DNA of 64,000 bases from Oculina patagonica. Lineage: Eukaryota. How positions within the stretch are numbered: position 1 is the first letter of the stretch; each line of letters opens with the position of its first letter. The notes below the pieces were generated by a model. It was given only the letters and a program-made list of their open reading frames with translations, made no database searches and was not told where the DNA came from. Position numbers and translations under genes: made by a program. The stretch covers positions 17,236,001 to 17,300,000 of the forward strand of contig NC_135768.1 in assembly GCF_052425735.1 (NCBI RefSeq), read 5' to 3'. Shown here piece by piece: positions 55,101-64,000 of this stretch.

Positions 55101-55440
55101 CTCTTCATAAATCAACTAATAACTCGTAACAAATTAACGAACGCGATGCAAACACCATGTTTTACAATGATACAATGATATACTTTACACTCTACAGTAG
55201 AGTTAGGAATAACAGCATACTATAACACAGCAATCCCTGATGGTGGTGGTTTTCGTTACAATTAACAATATATTTTTAAAAAAAAAAAAAAAATCAATAT
55301 TTACACAAACCATGGCACTTTTACCAAGTCTGCCACGTTCTCTCTCTCACAACAATCCCTGCAAAACACTAGCGTGACACAAATTATCAATGTCACGACA
55401 TCTATTTACACAAAAGGGACATCTGACGTCACGTAAGACG

Positions 55441-58400
55441 TCACACCATGCCAGGTTTGGCATACATGGGTAAGTGATTGGAATTGTAATTGAGAAATCC
55501 CAGCAATCTTTGCTCGATTGCTTTCTTTGCAGTTGAAGCGACGTACGAGTCCGTGAGGACACGGCGCTGGTCTTTGGATAACTAAAATTAAAAAAAATTA
55601 CAACATAAGATTCGTTAAAAACAAACCCCAAGTTGAAAATCTGATTAGCAATTACAATTCTTTACATGTAAAACTCTTAGAAAGAGAAAATTGTATGAAC
55701 TCTTAACTCCCAAACACAATTCTCGATAAAATATAAGTCTGTTGAAGAAGACCTTTTATGTAATCACTCCAACGAAAGCTATTGAGCAGTTCTTTTTATA
55801 TAGTGCTTTTTAATATGCTGCAGAAGGTGTTCTAACTTTAACGTTTGTGGATGAAACCCTAGTGTATGACTCTTTAAATTAAAACTATTGAGCATTACTT
55901 TGGTATGTGGTACTGTTTTATGCTATGAGCAAAGTTGTTCTAACTTTCAAGTCTGTGGATGAAACCCTAGTGTGGAAAATTAAATAAAGTTTGCAAAGTT
56001 GTTCTAACGTTTAAGCCTGTGGATAAGTCTCTGATGTGTCACCATTCAAATGAAAGCTATTGAACGTGATTTTTCTACTAGTGCTGTTTGCTTTTCAACA
56101 GTTTGCAAAATGATTTTTTCAATTGCGACTGTGGCACTCTTGGGTGAGAAGTTGTTAAGGTATATTAAAAATTGAAATGAAGAGAATAATCAAAAGGAGT
56201 AAGCCAAGTAATGGCACTGAACAAAAGCAAGAAAGAAAAAGGAAAAGCAGTATCTCCAAGGCACTCACCACTAAGTCTTCGTCGATCATCTTTTGTACTT
56301 TCTCCTCCAGGGACGGTACGTCCGCCGACTAAGGGGATAGGGGGATAGGATACGTTAATGTCCAGCATAACAGACTTCCTTTTAAATAAGCTCTTTGCTC
56401 GTTAAATTTGTCTTGTAAAACATTAACCAAAAAATAGACCCTTTGCATAAATATGCATTTGAATAACAAATATATACATCTTAAGCCTCCCATTCACATA
56501 AAAATTCCTTTGTCTGTAAACATCCACATGAGGCTAAGGATGTACTAAGTATTATTTGCAATATGCAAATTTGCACGCCATTTATGCAAAGTGTCTATGG
56601 TCAACGGAAAAAGTTCCTTGGGCTGTCAAAAGAGAAGAAGGTAAAATAAAGTTCTCGTGTTCGAGTATAAAGTAACAATATATCGTTCCAGACGTTTCGG
56701 GCTAGACACTTTATCGGTGGAGGTCAAGTTGCAAAAAGTGGTCGCAAAAGCTATAAACGTTATGATTACACTTGCCTTGTGTCTTTTTTCTTTTTCCATA
56801 AACAGTCCACAAAAGAATAGCGCTTACACATAAGTTAATAAAACAGATTGTCAACCTATCAATATTGCAATGTCTACTCACAGGTTTTGCCACAAGGAGT
56901 TCCCTGATTTCATCCCTGAAATCTTTGAATCTGTCGTGGAACACAGCAAGGCACCAGGACTCGCGGAAAAAGCTGCAAAGTATTCAGGTTCAACCAATTC
57001 ATTCAAAAACTGAAAATCTCATTTCTCCCTACTTATTACTAGGCATTTGTTTAATGTTTATTAAAAGAATTTCTTGGTGTATCAAGGCAATAGCCTCTAC
57101 TAAATGGTTTTTATTTCACGCGGAGCGTGCTTAAACGAAAGAAATCGTTGTGAAACTGCTAAAGGTAATTTAACAAATTTTCAGTAACACAGTCGGTTGG
57201 TCGGTCGGTCAAAATTACACCCGCTTTCAGTGTTACGTGCATAGCGGCTTTCTGTCGACATCCATCTTTCGACGTGCTAAACAAACAACACGGATCGAAA
57301 TCCGCCAATCACAGCCCACTAGCATGACCTTCTGACCTTTTCGCACATTTGCATGAAACCAACAACGGTATGTATAGGTTTTGATTGGCTCATTTCAAAC
57401 AGCACGTCGAAAGACGATGTCGAAAGATGATGTCGAAAGATGGATGTAGAAAGATAGCTATGCACGTAACACTGAAAGCGGGTGTAAATATTCCTAAAAT
57501 ACCTCACAAGTTTTTTACTCGTAAAAAATAGATGTTTAAAAGATTATACAATAAACTAAGGCAAAACTATGAACATTAAACTTAAGTATAAATTGAAAAG
57601 ACTAGATAAAAAATTAAGGGGGCTTTTAAAAAAATTTCAATAAGTAAGTAAGCAAGCAGAAAGTTCTTTCCACACCAAGACACATCAGCTAACCAACAAT
57701 GGTTTCCAGCAAAACCAAGTCATATCCGTGATCTGTTAATTGTCTTTCAAATTACCTGTAAAAATCACTTATAAGCCCTTCGTCGTATCGTTGAAGCAGG
57801 TTGTTGAGGTATCGTTCATGAAGACCATACAGACACACAAGATTACTTGTGTCAAGCACCTTTGGGCAAAAGAAAACAAACAAAACACTTCAGTAACAAA
57901 AAAAAAAATAAAAACCCTTAAGGTCACGAAGTAATAAAGATGAAATGTTCATTATGTCACGAGCGTGTGACAAAGAGAAAAATCTGAGACCCTGACAGGA
58001 ATCGAACCCATGGCCTCCACGATACCGGTTGGGCGCTGTAACCACTGAGCAACGAGAGACTCGTGGTGAGTTAAGTCTGAAATGTCAGCCGTCCTCTCGT
58101 CCCCTCCCCCAATGGAGATTAGCATAGTGAGTTGGGTAATTTACTAAGTATTTTAATGCTATAACCAGTCACTAAATCAAAACTTGTCATGCCCTTGATA
58201 AAGGCAGCTGTTACAAAAAGCTCCGATGAAGGGTTAACGCTCGAGACGTCAGCTTTTCAAAATTCGCTATGGCGGTTTATTTACCTTTATCAACTTCCAG
58301 TTAAAAATCAATCACCGACGCAGCACAAAAGTTTGTTTAGAAACTAATGTATATTTAGGGGTTTGAACTTAGTTTAATACACTACATGTACGTGCTGATA

Positions 58401-59586
58401 CTGAAATTGAGTATTTCAGATTTGAATTGAAACAAATAAGCGTCAACAGCGTGCCATGCATTTTTTGTGGAATTAAAGGAATTCGAAGAACAGGTTGTCG
58501 CCAGCATGAAAGAAATCATTTGTATGATCACGTGCTAAAGACGCGTACCAGACGAGTGTAACACGTGATCGTCTCAATAGAATGGTGCTGATTCACGTGC
58601 AGGCGGAAGTAGCCCTGCTCTTCATCTGGGTTAAGGGCGCTGCCTGTTACAAGTTCCCTTCCCTGTGGAGAAAACAAAACCAGCACTGTTAAGTTATCAA
58701 ATAAACTTAGAATTCTGCAAGTCATTGGTTTCGCTATGCTAACATTTCTTAGCTCATGCTGATATTACAAAGAACATTTCGTTTTAAACTATCCTTAACA
58801 ATTTTACTTCACCCTGAGTGCTTGGCGTTGAAAAAATAAAAAAGCGCAAGTTTAAACTTCTCGTTAACCATTTACACGCTCCTTTCTGATGCTTTTTTTT
58901 TACTAACTGATGGCCGAATAAGAAACCAGCAACAATCGCACGTGTTTACTGCAAGCCCACGCCGTGCAAAAGAAAAAAATATCATGCAATTTTCTATCTA
59001 TACATCGTAGATATATGGTGGCAATAAAAATGGCCCGAAAGTGTTATTTTAAAGTACTGAAGACACGGGTGTACGGGGTGACGGCTACTAATGCTTTGTA
59101 CACTTTGTGTTTCCACACTGCATTCCAAGCCGTAGTATGTACTTACATATTCAGGCTGCACCATATGAGCATCCAGCGGAATATTGAGGCCTGGTTTACC
59201 AACTTGTAAGTAATTATATCCACCTGCAGGGATAAACACGGAGTCAAAAATGTCTTAAAGGTTCCACCAGTTAAGTAGCACATGGCTTTGTGCGTGTCTG
59301 TTCTGTTATCAGGGTAGGTCTTCACTAAAGTCGGTGTCTTTTACTTTCATCATAAGTATAAATATATCAAAATAATAATTTGATTGAAAAGTTGATTGTA
59401 AACGAGATAAACCATCTTCGTGCGACTTCGCTTTGTTTTTCTTTATTTTTTTAAAGATGTGAATAATAGGTAACAGAACATCGTGTCTTGATTTTTTTTT
59501 ATTTGCAATACGCACGTTACAAACAGTACAAAACTTAAAATACAACACTAATGCTTACAATACATACAATATATATAAAAAATATA

Positions 59587-59647
<61 letters not shown>

Positions 59648-62600
59648 CATCGTGTCTTGATGTTGTTTTAAGTTTTACGTTTTAGCATATGGCTCTGTGA
59701 TTACATTGGGTGTAGTTCAAAGACAGTCATGAGAAAATTTTTCCAAGCTACCCAATGCTGTTGTGCTTGCCTTACCTGGCAGTACAGTGCAGACTGTCTT
59801 TGGTTTGGTGTATATGGGGATAAGTAGCTGCTGTTCCTGTGATGTCTCCGCGTCAAGGAGCATCCCGTCCAGGGTGGGGTCAAACAGGGTCAGCAAAGAC
59901 TGCGCCAGTTCCTCGCCAACCTCTTTGGAGTTGAAGTTTCCATGAGTCCTTAAACGAAAAGAAAAGTAAAGAGAGAGTCAGGAAGAAATATACAGAAAGG
60001 TCATTGCAAGAGCATTTCACACTATCACCTTGATATTTTTGGAAGGTGGACAACACTACCAATACTGAAACACCAACCCTTAGCCTTAGGAAAACTTAAC
60101 ACTTTTGCTAAATGTCAGTAGCTGTTCCAGTCAAATTGGAAATAGAAAATACCACTGCTTCACGCAGACCACTAAAGATAACTTTAAAGAGGTTCTAATA
60201 GATTTATCAGAAAATGGTCTTAATTTGGTCTGATTGAGTGCATGACTACCCGATAATATTTTTTTGGACGGCTCGTTCCATTCAGTGAACTTGGAATAAG
60301 ATCTCGACGTGGATTGCCTGAAATTCAACCTAAGATATGCTTACTTTTAGACGATACGGAAAATGGGATTTTCAATGCCAAAATCGACATTTAGATTGGA
60401 AAAAAGAAACGCTAACTTCATAATTTATTGGAAACAAGATAGTTATTTAAATTTATGGCAATTTTTTTTATCATAGTTAATGACTGACTTACCAAGATTC
60501 TGCGTGATATCTTCGTTGGAACTTCGTAAGTGGTCCAGCAGCTCTGATGCATGGATCATTTGTGTTAAAGTCTGCATCAATCACCAGTCTTCCGTCAAAC
60601 ACCAAACAGCTGTCGTTAATAGCTGTTCAAGGGAAACAAAATAAAATAAAATAAGGATTACTGATTTTTATGCGCAGTTGAAGCCTTTATGTATCACTGC
60701 AGCTGGAAGGTAAAAAAAAGCTTGTCGCCAAGTAAAGCCTCTAATTATAACCATAAAAAGAAAAAAAACTACCTTTAAAAGCGTCGTAGTCAACCTTTTT
60801 CGCTTGAAAGCAGAAGAATGCCTGTAATAAAATCAAACGTCAAGATAAGTAAAATGAAAATACAAAGCCCGTCACCATAGATCTGCTTCCTTTCCAGTGC
60901 TTTCCCCCCCCCCCCCCCTTTTTATTTGCTCAATCTACACTTCAAAGAACGGAAGCAAACTTATAAACTGAAGGCGGTACTTATTCCCAACACCAACTCT
61001 TATCCCCCTTTCCCCACAACCCTCCCATTCCCCTAAATAAGCCAATCAATCGATCAAGCGATCAATCAATCAATCAATCACTCAATCAATCAATCAATCA
61101 ATCAATCAATTAAACCATCATTACTCTTTCAATCAATTTTATCGCAGAATCAATAAGTTAATCAAATCTTATGACCATTATGTTTCTTGCTGTTACTCGA
61201 GAAAGGGGTGCGAGCTCTGCATAAATTTTTTTTGCTGAGAATGAATCGAATCGTCAGACACTTGTGTCGACTTGTGGGCAAAAAGAACAAAGAAAACTAA
61301 TAACAATAAAATAACAACAAAGTGTCCTTACTTCACAATCCACTCTAAGCGGTTTGTTTTCTGACGTAAATGTGGCACACGACAGAGGCTCGTCGACCTT
61401 CCCGTCATTCCACTGAGCGAGTGTGAAGCCGACATGGCACGCCACCCCTATAGTGAGAGAAATCAACCAACCAAACAATTAGCTTTCGATCATCTCAATT
61501 TCTTTTAAATTATCGACGCATTATCAAGCACATGAGTGACGGATAATAATGAAAATCATCAACTAGAGGGTATTGTTTTATGACAGAACTGGTAAAGAGC
61601 GATTTTCACTTGAGTTGACACTGAAGGAAGTTCGCCTTTGCTTTGGTTTTGCATAACTACGTTCAGTGATTGGCTTAAAAAACTCACGCTACTTTTTCAA
61701 CCAATCAGAAGTAAAACGAAAACCAATCGTGACTTATTCACACACGTTTTCCTGCGCTCCTTGCCAGCTACATGTATTTGCTTCGAGTTTAGATTCGTAC
61801 ACTGGATTGCCTGTGTCCTTTGTGATTGACCAGAGTGATCACTTTGGTTTTGGTTTTACCACCCTCGATTGAAAACAGCTCTAAAAAGAAATGAATTCCT
61901 TGCTGACCTTGCAAACGAAATCAAATCGTTTTCAAATCAATAAGAAAAATAGTCGGGGATCAAATGCCGCTTATCGGCAAATCTTCGTTGAAACGCTCGA
62001 CTATTTTCCAATTTATTATCCAATCAAAAAAATAGCATGAAGACTAACATGTGCCCCAAACATTTTCGCCAGCGTGGCGAATGAGAACACGTATTTACTA
62101 AGCAACCGGGGAGAAAACCGGGGGGTTTCCCCAAAAAAATGAGATATAAGATATAAGGAACCTACCGCATTCCTTGAGTGCAGCGGTAACCGCGTCCTCG
62201 ATAAACGGGTTGTTAAAACAGGTTGGCACCGAAAGTGGAGGCTGCACGAGGACAACACGTGACCCAGGCACTCCTACAGCGAGTAGAGTTTGCACCATGG
62301 AGAAGGCTTCCAGGGTGTTTCCATACACGAGAGCATTACCTGAAAAAGGTTTGATATGCAATTTTTGAGTTATTTTTGTTGAATCAACTTACCTTGATGT
62401 TACACATTATTTTCTTCAGAATAATACAGATCTCTATTTTGAATTTGTTCTGACCTGCAAACAACAACAGCAGTGAAACAACGACAATGTTCTGTACTTT
62501 TCAACTCGGAGTTGGTAATAAACAAGGTGTTTGAGATGTCCTGTCACGTAACATAGCAGTTTCTTTAGAAACTAATCACCTTGGCCATTTGGCTCGCTGA

Positions 62601-63217
62601 CCTTCCCCGTCTTTCCGATTTTCCGATTTTGATTAAACTTGACTAAGGCAGTGAAATATTTAAATGATTTTCCGTTCGTGAACTCAGTAATTCTTCGTTT
62701 GGGCAAAATGTTTCGTTGTTTGAAGAAGTGGTGCACGATATACAGTGCACAATAAAATTGTCTAACATTTTTTCTCAATTTTCAGCTATTAGAATAAAAG
62801 GAAGGTAAATGTAGGCTCTTTCTCAGAAATAAGCACCCCCTTCCCGCTTTTTTGTAAGCAACTTTTTTTGTAAAGTCCCTCTTCTCTCAAAAATCTTAAG
62901 CCCCTCTCCTGTAGCTACATATAGAATTCACGATAACAAAGTTATACAACGCCGACCTACCTTGCCCTGTAAGGAAGTCTCCCCGGATAAAATTCAACAC
63001 GTTCTCACAGTCTCTTTCAGTGGTGATAGTGAAGACTGTTGATGGCAGGGGGCCGGTATACCGTGACACTTTAGGCATTGTCACCTCACTGGTCGTGACC
63101 AAAGTGGAGATATCTGCGCCGGTTGGAACTGGGACTTGAAACTGTTGCCCAGTGCAGAGGATGAGGTAATCATAAGGAACAAACGCTCCCCCGGTCACCT
63201 TGATTACTTTGTTGGTC
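55441..63217 (-). CDS. CFAP61: Cilia- and flagella-associated protein 61, 3' portion (12 exons; the gene continues beyond the window)
   Basis: GT-AG exons with consistent phases: 63217-62961, 62339-62166, 61447-61332, 60821-60773, 60622-60493, 59948-59776, 59223-59147, 58662-58549, 57859-57756, 56972-56882, 56328-56269, 55581-55441. Peptides [63 protein letters not shown] and terminal [15 protein letters not shown] match the CFAP61 C-terminus as I know it. Confidence 0.9.
55703..56158. repeat. Degenerate minisatellite-containing repeat (…GAAAGCTATTGAGCAGT…GTGGATGAAACCCTAGTG) in a CFAP61 intron
   Basis: 3-4 diverged copies of the unit, bounded by TTAA. Confidence 0.6.
56433..56599. mobile_element. 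MITE with AATAGACC-type TIRs
   Basis: AATAGACCCTTTGCATAAAT ... ATTTATGCAAAGTGTCTAT. Confidence 0.6.
57215..57487. mobile_element. MITE with ~30-bp TIRs
   Basis: TTACACCCGCTTTCAGTGTTACGTGCATAGC ... GCTATGCACGTAACACTGAAAGCGGGTGTAA. Confidence 0.8.
57935..58072 (-). mobile_element. tRNA-derived SINE fragment
   Basis: Minus strand reads GCTCAGTGGTTACAGCG...GGGTTCGATTCC (A and B boxes); no intact cloverleaf. Confidence 0.65.
59588..59643 (+). repeat. (TAA)n microsatellite
   Basis: Directly visible. Confidence 0.95.
61043..61110 (+). repeat. (ATCA)n microsatellite
   Basis: Directly visible. Confidence 0.9.
61595..61883. mobile_element. CCAATCA-rich MITE-like repeat; related diverged copies at ~5000-5280 and ~16500-16745
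   Basis: AGAGCGATTTTCA ... TGAAAACAGCTCT ends; internal TGATTGG/CCAATCA motifs shared with the other copies. Confidence 0.6.
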
Positions 63218-64000
63218 CTGCAAATAGTCAACAAAAAGGTACAGTGAAAGATCGTTACACGATAATCACACCTGAAAGACTGCGATAATGTTCTATTGAT
63301 AAGACATATTCCAGACGCGGATGGCCATTTCAAGATTCCCTGATTATCCGCCGAAGATTTCATGCAGACGTTAAAGGAAACGGACTTTCGTTTGATTTTT
63401 CTAAAAAAAGATTTAGTGAAATTGACGCATCTCAGCCAAACGCCCCGCGTTTTCCTCTCTATACCCTTGTTTTCTCTCGGTTCATTCATTTTTCTAATTG
63501 AAGTAAATTTTTCGAAGAGGGCATCACTAAGTCAATATGAAAAAGTTGGATGAGGAAAGACCTACATCCGGAGTGGCCTATAACCGACTAAATTATTTTC
63601 GTTCGTAAGCTTTTAGGCCTAAAGCCAAGTGAGATGGTAAAGGGGGGAGGGGGGGGGGGGGGGGCAGGGTTAAAAAAGTTGAATTTCAGCTCGCCCTTCA
63701 GACAAGCAGCTCTCAATTTTTTCTTGCCCTAGGTAGTTGCTTGATGGTCTTAGTTCAGCCTTTACGAATCAGTTGGCAGATAATTTGCCTGCGTCCTTGC
63801 CCATCGGGCAGGTGGTCCTGGACGCCCGGATGGCACTTTTTCGAACCCTGGGAGGAGGCTTGTAACCAGTATTTAAGTCCAACAAAACCTAAAACACTTA
63901 GTTCTCGAATAATTTTCTAACCTGTCAAGTGCAATTAGTTTGCCTTCAACAATCTTGACCCAAGTCCCTAACGCCATGTGAGCCAAATCTTCTTGAGTAT

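Noticed and set aside
62896-63489. 197-aa stand-alone ORF
   Set aside because: Only 62961-63217 is a CFAP61 exon bounded by AG/GT; the rest is intron read-through.

Overview
AT-rich animal genomic DNA, most likely a stony coral or other cnidarian (inferred from the repeat families and intronless GPCR expansion, not proven). Three parts. (1) 0.7-52.6 kb: a tandem array of ten intronless class A GPCR genes in repeating A-B-C triplets (~11.3 kb period), with one nonsense pseudogene, one DRF->GRF variant and one insertion-disrupted copy, interleaved with MITEs, Helentron-like and Penelope-derived repeats. (2) 31,139-48,500: a nested insertion in GPCR copy C3. A ~1.08 kb Gypsy-type solo LTR (TGT...ACA, 4-bp TSD CTTC) contains a complete 16,277-bp Polinton/adintovirus-like endogenous virus (31,863-48,139; 213-bp apparently identical TIRs, TSD GTTAA). 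The virus encodes a protein-primed PolB, rve integrase, A32-like packaging ATPase, major and minor capsid proteins and many predicted membrane proteins, but no recognisable adenain protease. Each TIR begins with a 115-nt fold-back hairpin with a (CTCG)n loop, and a 49-bp palindrome-bearing tandem array lies near the right end. This element is the best candidate for an undescribed system. (3) 55,441-63,217 (minus strand): the last 12 coding exons of CFAP61. Family calls rest on motif recognition only; no searches were run.
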